Of a stretch of 64,000 nucleotides of DNA, positions 9,666 to 19,918 are shown piece by piece (positions within the stretch are counted from its first letter, which is position 1; the number at the start of each line of letters is the position of its first letter). The stretch lies in contig CAZRCZ010000018.1 in assembly GCA_964598765.1 (NCBI GenBank), positions 19,086-83,085 of the forward strand. Reading direction: 5' to 3'. The DNA is from an uncultured Candidatus Sumerlaeota bacterium. Its GTDB lineage: Bacteria > Sumerlaeota > Sumerlaeia > MVZB01 > JAJFLK01. The notes below the pieces were generated by a model. It searched no databases. It worked only from the letters and a program-made list of their open reading frames with translations, and had not been told where the DNA came from. The position numbers were made by a program, and so were the translations under genes.

Positions 9666-12638
9666 ATGCCACGAGGGAAGACGCTAATCGTGCTTGGGAT
9701 TTCCAAAACAATACCAGATCAAACCAATGTGGAGACGGACCTGAAAAGCGGCGTTCGCGGCGAGGTTCATCTCGAACCGGTCTGGCGCGGGATTTACGCG
9801 ACCGACGCCAGCATCTATCAGATCGAGCCGATGGCGGTCGTTGTGCCGCGCGACCGCGCCGACGTTCTTCACGCGCTCAAGGTCGCGCGCCAGCGCGGAC
9901 TTAAGGTTCTGCCGCGCGGCGGCGGAACGAGCCTCGCCGGGCAGACCGTCGGGCAGGCCATCGTCATAGATTTTTCCAAATACATGAACCGGATTCTTGA
10001 GGTGAATCATGAGGAGCGCTGGTTGCGCGTGGAGCCGGGGCGCGTGCGCGACGAATTGAATTCCGCCATCTCCTCGACCGGACTGCATTTCGGGCCGGAG
10101 ACGGCAACTTCAAATCGCGCCAACGTCGGCGGCATGATCGCGAACAATTCCTCCGGCACCCGCTCCATCATCTACAAGAAAACCGTGGATCACGTTCTTG
10201 AACTCACGGTTTTGCTGGCATCGGGCGAAGAACTTCACCTGAAAAATCTCAGCCCGATGCAGTGGAACGAAATTGCCAAGCGGGATGATCGGGAAGGACG
10301 GATTTATCGAAGCGTTAAGGAGATTGTTCAGAACAATCGGAGCGAAATCGCCGCCCGTTATCCCAAAGTCATGCGGCGCGTCGGCGGATATAATCTCGAT
10401 GAATTTCCGGAAGGAGAAGACTGGAATCTTTCCAAGCTGATTGTTGGAAGCGAGGGAACGTTGGCCATCGTCGTGGAGGCCAAGCTCAATTTGGTCCCGT
10501 TGCCCAAGGCCAAGGCGATGTGCGTGGCGCATTTCCGCAAGATGCCCGAGGCGCTCCGGGCCGTCGCGCCGATCGTCAAACATGGGCCTTCGATGGTCGA
10601 ATTGCTCGACCGTTCCATTCTCGATCCGGCGCGCAGGCACCACGAGACGAGCAAAATCTGCGATTGGATCGCGGGCGACCCGACCGCTGTTTTGGTAATC
10701 GAATTTTTCGGCGAAGAGGCCGCCGACGCGCAAAGCAAGGTGGACGCCGTGATTCAAGAATTGCAATCCACCGGATTCGGTTACGCCCATCCGAGGATGT
10801 TCAGCGCGGAAGAGCAGGCCAAGGTGATGAACGTCCGCGCCGCCGGACAAGGCTTGATGATGGGAGCCAAGGGGGACGCCAAGTCCATTGACTTCATAGA
10901 CGATTCCGCCGTGCCGCTGGAGGTCCTGCCCGATTACATCGGCGAGGTGATGAAGCTTTGCCAAGACATGCAGGTTCCGGTCAACGCCTACGCTCACGCG
11001 TCGGTCGGGCTGATCCACGTCCGGCCGATCTTGAATCTCAAGCTCGCCGACGAGATCGAGAAAATGAAAATCATCGCCGAGAAGACGTTTGATTTGGTGA
11101 AGAAATACGGCGGAAGTTGGAGCGGCGAGCATGGCGACGGCTTGGTTCGAAGTTTCATGAATCAGCGCTACTTCGGTGACAAGCTTTACGGCGCGTTCAA
11201 GCAGATCAAGCAACTCTTCGATCCCGACAACATGATGAATCCGGGCAAGATCGTGGATGCGCAGGGGATTGATGAAAATCTTCGCATGGGAGTTCAATAC
11301 CGCGCGCTCCCTTTTCGGACCTCTTATTTTTACCGGGATGAAGGAGGATTCGGTCAAGCGGTGGAAATGTGCACGGGACTCGGCGCGTGCCGAAAAACCG
11401 GGAGCGGAACGATGTGCCCCAGCTATATGGCGACGCGCGACGAAATCCATTCGACGCGCGGACGCGCCAACGCGCTCCGGCTGGCCATGACCGGACAACT
11501 CGGATTTGACGGCATGACCAGCGACGCCGTGCGCGGCGTGCTCGATCTTTGCCTCGGATGCAAAGGATGCAAGGCGGAATGTCCAAGTAACGTTGACATG
11601 GCAAAGTTGAAAGAGGAATTTCTGCGGGGCTACCACGAAAAACGGGGCGTTTCGCTCGGCGAGCGGTTTTTTTCGCGCGCTCCGGCGATGGCCCGTCGGG
11701 CGTCGGGACGATTTGCCGCGACCGCAAATTGGATGGGCAAGCAAAAACCGGTGCGCGCCCTGATGGAGCGCGTGTTGAATTTGGATCGGCGCAGACCGCT
11801 TCCCCAATTCGCGCGGGAGACGTTTCCCGATTGGTTTGCGCGTCAAGCGCCTAGCCAAAATGCGCTGAACGCCCCTCCGGATCGGCGCGTTGTTCTTTTC
11901 AACGACACGTTCATGAATTATCACGAGCCGGAACTCGGGAAGTCGGCGGTCTCTCTGCTCGAGGGATTGGGATACCGCGTGATCCTTGCTGACGCGGGAT
12001 GTTGCGGAAGACCGTTGATTTCGCACGGCTTTCTGCAAGAGGCCAAAGAGCAAGGGACGCTCACCCTCAAGAAGATCAACAACTATCTCTTGGGAGACAT
12101 TCCGGTCGTCGTCTGCGAGCCGGGGTGCATGAGCGCCCTGACCGACGACCTGCCAGACCTGATTGACAACGTTCAACTCGCCAAGCGCATTCAGGCGGGC
12201 GTGAAGATGATGGACGTTTTTCTGAAGGGCGAACTCGAAGCGGGCCGGATTGATCCCAAAAAATTTGGAGCGCTCGCGCGCGGCAAAAACGCGGACGGAG
12301 AATCGGGACCGCGATTTTTGGTTCACGGCCATTGCCACCAAAAGGCGCTTTACGGAACGAAGGCGATGAAGGAGTTGCTTGGCTTAATTCCGGGCGCGAG
12401 CGTGAACGAAATCGGATCGGGGTGTTGCGGCATGGCAGGAAGCTTCGGCTACGAAAAAAATCACTATGATCTTTCGCTCGCGGTCGGCGAAGATCGCCTC
12501 TTTCCGGCGATTCGCGCCATGGCTCCGGGAACCCGCCTTGTCGCTTGCGGGTTTAGTTGCCGGCATCAAATCGCCGACGGCGTCGGTATCAAGGCGCAAC
12601 ATTTCGTTCAGGCGATGACCGACGGCGGAATCTATTAA
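9666..12638 (+). CDS. FAD-linked oxidase / 4Fe-4S / CCG-domain oxidoreductase (YdiJ-like)
   Basis: RGGGTSLAGQ, GEHGDG, CTGLGAC, CLGCKGCKAECP, CCG, CCGMAGSFG; start uncertain. Confidence 0.92.
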   Translation: MPRGKTLIVLGISKTIPDQTNVETDLKSGVRGEVHLEPVWRGIYATDASIYQIEPMAVVVPRDRADVLHALKVARQRGLKVLPRGGGTSLAGQTVGQAIVIDFSKYMNRILEVNHEERWLRVEPGRVRDELNSAISSTGLHFGPETATSNRANVGGMIANNSSGTRSIIYKKTVDHVLELTVLLASGEELHLKNLSPMQWNEIAKRDDREGRIYRSVKEIVQNNRSEIAARYPKVMRRVGGYNLDEFPEGEDWNLSKLIVGSEGTLAIVVEAKLNLVPLPKAKAMCVAHFRKMPEALRAVAPIVKHGPSMVELLDRSILDPARRHHETSKICDWIAGDPTAVLVIEFFGEEAADAQSKVDAVIQELQSTGFGYAHPRMFSAEEQAKVMNVRAAGQGLMMGAKGDAKSIDFIDDSAVPLEVLPDYIGEVMKLCQDMQVPVNAYAHASVGLIHVRPILNLKLADEIEKMKIIAEKTFDLVKKYGGSWSGEHGDGLVRSFMNQRYFGDKLYGAFKQIKQLFDPDNMMNPGKIVDAQGIDENLRMGVQYRALPFRTSYFYRDEGGFGQAVEMCTGLGACRKTGSGTMCPSYMATRDEIHSTRGRANALRLAMTGQLGFDGMTSDAVRGVLDLCLGCKGCKAECPSNVDMAKLKEEFLRGYHEKRGVSLGERFFSRAPAMARRASGRFAATANWMGKQKPVRALMERVLNLDRRRPLPQFARETFPDWFARQAPSQNALNAPPDRRVVLFNDTFMNYHEPELGKSAVSLLEGLGYRVILADAGCCGRPLISHGFLQEAKEQGTLTLKKINNYLLGDIPVVVCEPGCMSALTDDLPDLIDNVQLAKRIQAGVKMMDVFLKGELEAGRIDPKKFGALARGKNADGESGPRFLVHGHCHQKALYGTKAMKELLGLIPGASVNEIGSGCCGMAGSFGYEKNHYDLSLAVGEDRLFPAIRAMAPGTRLVACGFSCRHQIADGVGIKAQHFVQAMTDGGIY

Positions 12639-12734
12639 ACACAAAGACACAAAGGAGACACGAAGAAGGAGACTTTCATGAGCATTTCTTTTGTTCGTGA
12701 TTCTTTGTGCCTTCTTCGTGTCTTTGTGTTTAAT
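12634..12734. repeat. Periodic inverted-repeat element (CACAAAG type) containing the upstream stop codon
   Basis: ATTAAACACAAAGACAC ... GTGTCTTTGTGTTTAAT. Confidence 0.85.
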
Positions 12735-12775
12735 CTTCCAGCTTGGAATGAGGGATGAATTGAAAAGGAGATATT

Positions 12776-13318
12776 ATGACGGAAGCATCTCAACCCGCCG
12801 CGTCGCCGCAACTGCAAGCGACGTATCAAAAGGTTCTGCGGCAATTTGATGAAATGACCGAAATGGCGAATTCCCCCGACGACGCGCTCGGATTGCGGGT
12901 CGAGGGCGTTTCGCTCTGGAGCGTCGGTCAGCATTTGGACCACATGGCCGTTGCCGCCAAGGGGATGTTGACCGCGATCTTCATGCTCCTCGGTTCCCCC
13001 AAGGCCGCGACGGAAGGGGAACCCGCGTTTGCCGGGCGGATCGTGCTATGGACCGGCTACATTCCGCGGGGCAAGGGGAAATCGCCCGACGCCGTCCTTC
13101 CGAAATCGCAGACGCCCGACGAAATTCGGAAAAACATTCAGATGGTTCAGGGATTCGTCAAGGGAATCGAAGCCAAACTCGGCCAGATTGAGGCGTGCAA
13201 GGGAAAGACGCCGCATCCCGCGCTGGGATCGTTCACGGCGGCGCAATGGGTGCGGTTCATTGACATTCACAACTATCATCATTTCAAGATCATCCGTGAC
13301 ATTCGGAAGAAAGCCTGA
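12776..13318 (+). CDS. DinB family protein
   Basis: WSVGQHLDH, HPALG, HNYHH; AAGGAG RBS. Confidence 0.88.
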   Translation: MTEASQPAASPQLQATYQKVLRQFDEMTEMANSPDDALGLRVEGVSLWSVGQHLDHMAVAAKGMLTAIFMLLGSPKAATEGEPAFAGRIVLWTGYIPRGKGKSPDAVLPKSQTPDEIRKNIQMVQGFVKGIEAKLGQIEACKGKTPHPALGSFTAAQWVRFIDIHNYHHFKIIRDIRKKA

Positions 13319-13323
13319 ATTAT

Positions 13324-13404
13324 TTTGGACTCGGAAAGACACGGATGACACGGATTATATTTCTTGTATTGATCCGTGAAATCCGTGTGTATCCGTGTCC
13401 CAAT
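13324..13404. repeat. Periodic inverted-repeat element (CACGGAT type)
   Basis: GACACGGATGACACGGAT ... ATCCGTGAAATCCGTGTGTATCCGTGTCC. Confidence 0.8.
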
Positions 13405-13416
13405 TAAGGAGACCTC

Positions 13417-14250
13417 GTGCCGCCCCCCGATTTTGACCGTCCTTCGATTGAATCCGTCGCCGATCCGATTGCGCGACTGCGCGTTTTGATGAAACGCCTG
13501 CTCGATCCGGGCGGATGTCCGTGGGACCGGGAACAGACGCACCAGACCTTGAAGCAATATATGATCGAGGAGGCGCATGAAGTCGCCGAGGCGATCGAAA
13601 AAGGAAGCGACGCCGAGTTGTGCGAGGAATTGGGAGACGTCGCGTTGCAGGTGGTCTTTCACGCCGAATTGGCCGAGCGTCAAGGGCGATTCAAGATTGA
13701 GGACGTCTATTCGGCGGTTTGCAAAAAACTTTTGGACCGCCACCCGCACGTTTTCGGTTCGGTCGAGGCGAAAGACGCCGAAGCGGTTCTTGCGAATTGG
13801 GAACAATTAAAGAAAGAAGAAAAGCGAATCAAGGCCAAGGCGGAAGGACGGGAGCGACATTCGGTTCTCGACGGCGTTCCGGCGTCGCTTCCGGCACTTC
13901 AGCGCGCTAACCGGCTTCAGGAAAAAGCCTCGCGCGTCGGATTCGATTGGGAGCGCGCCGACGACGTGGCGAAGAAAGTGCGCGAGGAGGTCGAGGAATT
14001 TCTCTCCAGCGCGCAAACCGAACCGAAGGAGCGGATGGAGGAGGAACTGGGCGATCTTCTTTTCTCCCTCGTGAACATATCCCGATTCTTAAAACTCAAT
14101 CCCGAAGAAGCGTTGCGTCAGGCGTGTCGAAAATTCACCGAGCGGTTTCACAAGATCGAGGCGTCGGCTGAAACATCGGGGCGCGATCTCAAAGCGATGA
14201 CGTTGAAGGAAATGGATAGGTTGTGGGACGAGGCGAAGAAGAAACAATAG
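13417..14250 (+). CDS. mazG: Nucleoside triphosphate pyrophosphohydrolase
   Basis: GGCPWDREQT, EEAHE, EELGD twice, RHPHVF, GFDW. Confidence 0.96.
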   Translation: MPPPDFDRPSIESVADPIARLRVLMKRLLDPGGCPWDREQTHQTLKQYMIEEAHEVAEAIEKGSDAELCEELGDVALQVVFHAELAERQGRFKIEDVYSAVCKKLLDRHPHVFGSVEAKDAEAVLANWEQLKKEEKRIKAKAEGRERHSVLDGVPASLPALQRANRLQEKASRVGFDWERADDVAKKVREEVEEFLSSAQTEPKERMEEELGDLLFSLVNISRFLKLNPEEALRQACRKFTERFHKIEASAETSGRDLKAMTLKEMDRLWDEAKKKQ

Positions 14251-14262
14251 TTGCGGAGAGTT

Positions 14263-14290
14263 GGCCGCAAAGAGGCACAAGGGGCGTAAA
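14263..14290 (+). repeat. Solo/degenerate periodic arm
   Basis: GCCGCAAAGAGGCACAAGGGGCGTAAA just after mazG stop; no partner arm seen. Confidence 0.4.
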
Positions 14291-14296
14291 TGAGAA

Positions 14297-14644
14297 TCAA
14301 ATCTCCTCCAAATCCCGCATCGTTTGGTTCCATTGCTTAATGACGACTTGAAAGAGGTCCATCATGGAAACGATGGCCAAGATCGTCGCGGCGACGATCA
14401 CGACGCCCAAAATCCATTTCGTCGGAGTTTTGATTACGGGCGAGCGCCAGACCAAGATCAAAGCGATCGGTCCGAGAACCGTCAGCGCGAGAACCAGAAT
14501 CCATAGCGGCTGGTAATACCATCGCGCGCCCGCCACCTGCCGTTGGCCGCAATGGGAGCAAAAGACGTCCTCCGCGTTGATTTCCCGATGGCAGGATTGG
14601 CAAACCGCTTTGCGGGGAAAGGGAGGGGGAACGGGATCGGTCAT
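14297..14644 (-). CDS. Zinc-ribbon membrane protein
   Basis: CQSC...FCSHCG followed by two TM segments. Confidence 0.8.
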   Translation of the reverse strand: MTDPVPPPFPRKAVCQSCHREINAEDVFCSHCGQRQVAGARWYYQPLWILVLALTVLGPIALILVWRSPVIKTPTKWILGVVIVAATILAIVSMMDLFQVVIKQWNQTMRDLEEI

Positions 14645-16338
14645 GGTCTCTCCATCACGGCATATTCGGAGTTTTTGAATCGGACTGAAAATCGGCCGGC
14701 GGGGAGAACGGATCGCACTCGCGAGTCAAGCGCCGCTTCCTTCGGGTCAGCCGGATTTTCGCTGAGAACAAAAACGGATACGTCATACTTTTTTTCAAAA
14801 TTCTCAAAGTCGCCGTCGGCGAGCCATCGGCCCAAGTCCGCTTGGCGCTCCTTGTATTGGGGAGTGACGATTTCATCCTCCCAATAGGTTTGGCGTCCGG
14901 TTTCGGCGCAGATCAGTTTGCTGAGAGAGAACGTATGGGCATACACCCGCCCTTTGCCGTGCTTGAGATATTCGACAACTTCGGCGGCGGAACGGGTGTA
15001 GATCAAATCGTTGGCGGTGGGGATGAAGCGCGATTGCATGAGCGCGAACAGGAAATTATCGGGCAAAAGAAGCAACGCCGCTATCCCCAATCCGATCAGC
15101 CAGCCGCGCCCCTTGCGCCATGAGCTTCGATGCCCGATGAATTCCAGAAATTGCGCGCCCCAGAGAATCAACGGAAAGAAAAGGTTGCCCCGCGTGAAGT
15201 GCATCGGTTGGATCGGCTGGAAGAGGAACCGGCTGTTTTGCGTCAGGACGAACGTTCCAAGAATCCAAATCAGCAAGATCCTGCGCCCGCGACTTTTCCA
15301 CTGGCGTTTCCGAAATCCCGCGTTCAGCCATGAGATCAGAAAAACGGCGATCATGGGTCCATGTCCCAAGATCAATCCGCGCATGGAAAGAGGCTCTTGG
15401 TGCGCGCCGAGTTGTTGGTCCTGAACATTGCGCCCGATTTCCCAATGGGAAAGGAAAAGTTTGTCGTAGGCTAGGAACAAAATGAGAGGAACGAATGAGA
15501 GGGCGGAGAAAAAGAAGCGGCGAGGGAATTTTGTCTTCGCCATATCCAAGATCAACGCCGGAAGGAGCAACGCCGTCATTTGCGCGCCGAGAAAGGGATT
15601 GGACGCCATCCCCAGCGCGTAAAACGTCAGCGCGAGACCGCGCTGGGCGCGCAACAACGCGACGATCATGAAAAAGAAAAGAAAGTGATAGAAAAGCTCG
15701 AAAGGGTAAAAGAGATTGCGAAAGAGGCTCAGCGACCAATAGGTGTAATCCCCTTCGGTTTCGCGCAGGGATTCAATCAGCGCGATCAAACCTCCATTCG
15801 CGTGCGAAATCCAACGCGTCGCCGCCGGAATCCAAGCGATGCCGCCGCCGAATCCCGCGACGGTCAGAACAAACCAGAATATTCGACGGGAGGGAGCGTA
15901 GAGGTGAATCACGCGCCCCATCGCCCAAAACATCGCCGCGCCGAAAATGAGACGGAAGGCGTCAAAAAGATCGTGAAGCGCGACGCTGGGAAACAGCCGC
16001 GACGCCCATGCCGTCAACGCGATCGGCAACTGGAAAAAAATTTCGGGAGGATGCTCCGAAAAATCCCAAGGAAACGCATAGGTGAAACCGTTCGAGCTTT
16101 TGGCCGCTTGGTGAATCAACGCCGCATAAATCTTTTGATCCCCTTGAAGATAACCGAAGAAAACCCATCCCTCCGGCGCGTGACGAAACCAATAAACCTT
16201 GAGCCACACAACCCATCCCGCCGCGAGCAGACCCAGCAAGGTGGAAATCGCCAGTTGAATGCGGAAGCACGCGAAAAAGTTGAAACGACCCTCAATGCGC
16301 ACGGGCGGAAAAACCTCACCCCTCCGGATGCTTTTCAT
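14641..16338 (-). CDS. Polytopic membrane protein, GT-C glycosyltransferase-like
   Basis: TM1 then GDQKIY acidic loop, ~11 TM helices, soluble C-terminal domain. Confidence 0.6.
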   Translation of the reverse strand: MKSIRRGEVFPPVRIEGRFNFFACFRIQLAISTLLGLLAAGWVVWLKVYWFRHAPEGWVFFGYLQGDQKIYAALIHQAAKSSNGFTYAFPWDFSEHPPEIFFQLPIALTAWASRLFPSVALHDLFDAFRLIFGAAMFWAMGRVIHLYAPSRRIFWFVLTVAGFGGGIAWIPAATRWISHANGGLIALIESLRETEGDYTYWSLSLFRNLFYPFELFYHFLFFFMIVALLRAQRGLALTFYALGMASNPFLGAQMTALLLPALILDMAKTKFPRRFFFSALSFVPLILFLAYDKLFLSHWEIGRNVQDQQLGAHQEPLSMRGLILGHGPMIAVFLISWLNAGFRKRQWKSRGRRILLIWILGTFVLTQNSRFLFQPIQPMHFTRGNLFFPLILWGAQFLEFIGHRSSWRKGRGWLIGLGIAALLLLPDNFLFALMQSRFIPTANDLIYTRSAAEVVEYLKHGKGRVYAHTFSLSKLICAETGRQTYWEDEIVTPQYKERQADLGRWLADGDFENFEKKYDVSVFVLSENPADPKEAALDSRVRSVLPAGRFSVRFKNSEYAVMERP

Positions 16339-16843
16339 TTTCCATGAGTTGCGTCACGCAAAAAAATGAGCCGAATCCGAGCGTTAGATTCAACATGGCG
16401 AGCATCATGGAAAGCCCGTGAAGTTTGCCGAATCGCTGACGCTCCGGATTATCCTTGGGAGCAAGATGATAGCCGCCAAATTCCTTTTTCAACTCGGCGC
16501 GGATCCCCTCAATCCGATGGATGAGAACGGTTCCGGCGTAGAGATCGTTGACCCACGCCGCCGCGAGCAATGCGCCGGAAATCAAGAGAACCTTGGTCGA
16601 GCGCGGCGGGCAAATCTTCCAAATCGCGCCATGAACGACAAGAAGAATAAATACCGCGATCCATCCCGTCGCATACATTTCATGAAGCAACGGCGTGATG
16701 ATCTCTCCCGCGACGCCGCTGTTGGGAACCTGCCCGCTCTGATTGGAAAAAAGCGACGGCGCGACGTAAAAACTGATCGTGATGACGTTGCCAAGCCAGA
16801 CGAGGAGGAGCGCGGCACAGAAAAATCGGAGAAATTTGAGCAT
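16316..16843 (-). CDS. DUF4149/TMEM205-like membrane protein
   Basis: FYVAPSLF...AGEI...RFGKLHGLSMML. Confidence 0.8.
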   Translation of the reverse strand: MLKFLRFFCAALLLVWLGNVITISFYVAPSLFSNQSGQVPNSGVAGEIITPLLHEMYATGWIAVFILLVVHGAIWKICPPRSTKVLLISGALLAAAWVNDLYAGTVLIHRIEGIRAELKKEFGGYHLAPKDNPERQRFGKLHGLSMMLAMLNLTLGFGSFFCVTQLMENEKHPEG

Positions 16844-16923
16844 CTGGTTTCTCTCACGTCGCCGCGCGGAAACGGCCGAATGGCACAAGTCTAACGACAC
16901 ACACTTGAATCTTCCACTTTGTT

Positions 16924-16998
16924 CATTCTCCTTCTCCTACTCTTTCTCATTCTCCAGCTTCCGGGATCAGGATGAGAAGGAACATGAGAAGGAGAATG
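16924..16998. repeat. Hexamer-periodic inverted repeat
   Basis: CATTCTCCTTCTC ... GAGAAGGAGAATG, 6-nt periodic arms. Confidence 0.7.
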
Positions 16999-17007
16999 TT
17001 GAGAGAG

Positions 17008-17036
17008 TTGCCCGTCCTCTCAAATCCTGCCAAAAT
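17008..17036 (+). promoter_or_regulatory. Putative sigma70 promoter of murG-murC-murB
   Basis: TTGCCC-17 nt-CAAAAT, followed by GGAGG (17044-17048) and GTG 17057. Confidence 0.45.
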
Positions 17037-17056
17037 CAAAAATGGAGGACGATGGG

Positions 17057-18238
17057 GTGACCGACGACGAAAGAAAGTTTTGCATCTTACTCGCCGCCGG
17101 AGGGACGGGGGGCCACATTTATCCCGCTTTGGCGTTGGGTCAGGCTTTGCGCGAGCGCGATCCGCGCATTCAAATCCATTACTTTTGCGGCAACCGCCCC
17201 AATGAGATCGAGATTTACCAATCGCGCGACATTCAACCCGTGATTCTTCCACTCTCCGGACGGTCCGGCGGATGGACGGGACAACTGCGGTTCCTGCGCG
17301 AAATGGCGAAATCTTATCGGCTGGCGCGGCGCCACGTCCGTCAACTGCAACCCGATCTCGCGATTGGTTTCGGCAATTATCTGTCCGTGCCCGTTCTCAT
17401 CGCGGCGCGGCAATTCGGCGCGCGAACCGTTATTCAGGAGCAAAACGCCTTCCCCGGCCAAGCCAACAAATTCTTGGCGCGAACGGCGTCGCTGATTCTC
17501 ACCGGTGTTCCGGTGAGAGAGGGAATTTTCTCTCCGGCGCTAACGCTCTCAACCGGCAATCCGGTTCGTGATGAGCTTGTGGTTAAAATTGATCCTGAAG
17601 AGGCGAAGAAGAATTTGGGATTGCCCGCCGGAGAAAAAATTTGTCTTTGCTTCGGCGGCTCTCTCGGCGCGCAAGGGGTGAATCAATTGTTGCAGGACGC
17701 CCTGTCCCGACTTAGCCAGAAGCCCCTTGATTTTCAAGGAGATATGTGCAATTCTCTCCCAAGTGCCGGAAATATCCGGCATTTCCTCTGGGCTACCGGA
17801 AGAGCGCATTTCGCCGCCATCGGAGAGTGGCTCAACCAAAATCCCGACGTTTCGCGCCGGGTGACGTTAAAGCCGTATATTGACCGAATGGATTGGGCCT
17901 ATGCCGCCGCCGATGTGGTGGTGGCCCGCGCAGGAGCGCTGACGCTGGCGGAAATCACCGCGCTGGGCAAACCGGCAATCCTGATTCCCCTTCCCCATTC
18001 GGCGGGGGATCACCAACGGGGAAACGCGGAAGCGCTGGCCCGCGCCGGAGCGGCGGTCGTGATCGAGGAAAAATCGCCGGACGCGGCTCAAAAATTGTCC
18101 GAAACTATTCAGAAATTAGGAGGAAACGACGATATAATGAAACGGATGGGCCAAGCGGCCCTTCGGTTGGGGAAGCCGGGCGCAACCCGGGACATGGTCG
18201 AAGCGATTCTGAGGCTCTTGGCGGGGTCTCAAACTTGA
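17057..18238 (+). CDS. murG: Lipid II GlcNAc transferase
   Basis: GGTGGHIYPA, QEQNAFPG, GNPVR, GGSLGA, ARAGALT, HQRGNA; ATG 17042 is an alternative start. Confidence 0.96.
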   Translation: MTDDERKFCILLAAGGTGGHIYPALALGQALRERDPRIQIHYFCGNRPNEIEIYQSRDIQPVILPLSGRSGGWTGQLRFLREMAKSYRLARRHVRQLQPDLAIGFGNYLSVPVLIAARQFGARTVIQEQNAFPGQANKFLARTASLILTGVPVREGIFSPALTLSTGNPVRDELVVKIDPEEAKKNLGLPAGEKICLCFGGSLGAQGVNQLLQDALSRLSQKPLDFQGDMCNSLPSAGNIRHFLWATGRAHFAAIGEWLNQNPDVSRRVTLKPYIDRMDWAYAAADVVVARAGALTLAEITALGKPAILIPLPHSAGDHQRGNAEALARAGAAVVIEEKSPDAAQKLSETIQKLGGNDDIMKRMGQAALRLGKPGATRDMVEAILRLLAGSQT

Positions 18239-18324
18239 ATTCACCCGGCTTTATTCGAGCCGGATTTGCGGCATTAGTTCCAGTTCCAGTTCCAACTGCT
18301 CACGTTGAAAGGATGTTGTTGCCG

Positions 18325-19776
18325 ATGGAAAACTTAAAGTCATACCACCATTTGCATTTTATCGGGATCGGCGGGATCGGCATGAGCGCCATCGCGTCGG
18401 TTCTGCTTGAGCGCGGTTTCCGCGTTTCGGGAAGCGATCTCTCCGAGAACGCCGTGACCCAGCGCTTGACGCGCCAAGGCGCGACGATCTTCAAGGGGCA
18501 TCGCGCCGAGAACATCGCGGGGGCGGACCTCGTGGTTTATTCCTCCGCCGTGCGTCCCGAAAATCCCGAACGCCGAACGGCGGAGGAGAGCGGGATTGCA
18601 ACTTGGCGTCGCGCCCGCGTTTTGTCCGAAATCATGCGAGGCGGCAAGTCCATCGCCGTCAGCGGAACTCACGGCAAGACGACCACGACTTCGATGGTCA
18701 GCCTCGCTCTTCTTGAAGGGGGCATGGACCCAACGCTGGTCATCGGCGGCGAGCTGGACGCGCTGAGCGGCAACGCCCGCAACGGGCGGGGCGAATGGGT
18801 CGTCGCGGAAGCCGACGAAAGCGACGCTTCTTTCCTCGACATGAATCCCGACCGGATCATCGTGACGAACATCGAAGCCGACCACATGGATTTTTACCGC
18901 AACATGGATCATCTGATCGGAACCTTCGGCGATTTTCTCGGACGGCTCCGCCCCGGCGGCAAGGCAATCGCCTGCGCCGACAGCCCGACGGTGATGAAAC
19001 TCGTCCGCGAGATGAGCGTCTCCGCGCTCACCTATAGCGTGGATAATCCGGAAGCGGACATGACGCCGCGGGAGATTCGCCATCTGAGCAAAAGTGGAGG
19101 CATTCGCTTCACGGCGCAATTCAAAGGGCAGTCGCTCGGAACCGTGCGGTTGAAAATTCCCGGACGGCAAAACGTCGCCAATGCGCTGGCGGCGATCTTG
19201 ACCGCGTTGGACGTCGGTTGTCCGTTCGAGGCCGCGACGCGCGCGCTCGCCGGATACGCCGGAGCCAAGCGCCGCTTCCAAGTCAAGGGAACCTCCAACG
19301 GGATCACGATCATTGACGACTACGCGCATCACCCGACGGAAATCAAAGCAACCCTTTCGGCGGCGCGATCCGCGTTGGGGAGCAAACGCGGCAGGCGCAT
19401 CGTCGGCGTCTTTCAACCGCATCGTTATTCCCGCACGGCAAGCCTCGCGCCGGAATTCGGCCGGGCGTTCCGCGAGGCCGATCTAATCGTCGTCACCGAC
19501 GTTTACGCCGCCGGCGAGGACCCCATCGAGGGAGTGAACGGATCGAGCATCTACAATCAAGTCGTGGCCGACGGGCATCCGCAAGTTTATTACGTCCCGA
19601 CGACGATGGACGTCGCGGCGTTTCTCAAGCCGCGTCTGGCGTCGGGGGACATGCTCTTCACGCTCGGTGCGGGAGACGTTTGGCGTTTGGGTGAAACGAT
19701 CTTGGAGGACCTGCGCAGAAGCGAGACGCCCCCTCCGCGGGATTTTGATCCGACCTTCCAGCCCGTGGCGGCGTGA
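18325..19776 (+). CDS. murC: UDP-MurNAc-L-alanine ligase
   Basis: HFIGIGGIGMS, GTHGKTTT, EADESD, DDYAHHPTE, FQPHRYSRT; start 18313 or 18325. Confidence 0.97.
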   Translation: MENLKSYHHLHFIGIGGIGMSAIASVLLERGFRVSGSDLSENAVTQRLTRQGATIFKGHRAENIAGADLVVYSSAVRPENPERRTAEESGIATWRRARVLSEIMRGGKSIAVSGTHGKTTTTSMVSLALLEGGMDPTLVIGGELDALSGNARNGRGEWVVAEADESDASFLDMNPDRIIVTNIEADHMDFYRNMDHLIGTFGDFLGRLRPGGKAIACADSPTVMKLVREMSVSALTYSVDNPEADMTPREIRHLSKSGGIRFTAQFKGQSLGTVRLKIPGRQNVANALAAILTALDVGCPFEAATRALAGYAGAKRRFQVKGTSNGITIIDDYAHHPTEIKATLSAARSALGSKRGRRIVGVFQPHRYSRTASLAPEFGRAFREADLIVVTDVYAAGEDPIEGVNGSSIYNQVVADGHPQVYYVPTTMDVAAFLKPRLASGDMLFTLGAGDVWRLGETILEDLRRSETPPPRDFDPTFQPVAA

Positions 19777-19787
19777 TCGAGAAGAAG

Positions 19788-19914
19788 ATTCCCCACAGAG
19801 ACACAGAGAAGTGTTCGGTTGAATTGAAGTGGATTGAAATAAGTAACGGCAACGATTTATTTTCTTCAAACGCCGACGGCGCGCCGGCTACCTCTCTGTG
19901 TCTCTGTGGTGAAT
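19788..19914. repeat. Periodic inverted-repeat element (CACAGAG type)
   Basis: ATTCCCCACAGAGACACAGAGA ... TCTCTGTGTCTCTGTGGTGAAT (21/22 complementary). Confidence 0.88.
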
Positions 19915-19918
19915 TTTC

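Noticed and set aside
10110-12341. 743-aa ORF antisense to the FAD/Fe-S oxidoreductase, and similar long shadow ORFs (10..909, 21146..22759, 23351..24544, 51961..53127, 58846..59997, 61680..62957)
   Set aside because: They mirror well-supported genes on the opposite strand and show no motifs; typical of high-GC codon bias
17725-17739. CCTTGA-TTT-TCAAGG hairpin within an apparent short MurG insert
   Set aside because: Only a 6-bp stem and no clear second copy; cannot support a repeat origin
18276-18293. (AGTTCC)3 upstream of murC as a phase-variation tract
   Set aside because: Only three units, apparently non-coding; no evidence of variability
17893-18312. N-terminal extension making MurC 627 aa
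   Set aside because: Overlaps murG in another frame; MurC homology starts near 18325
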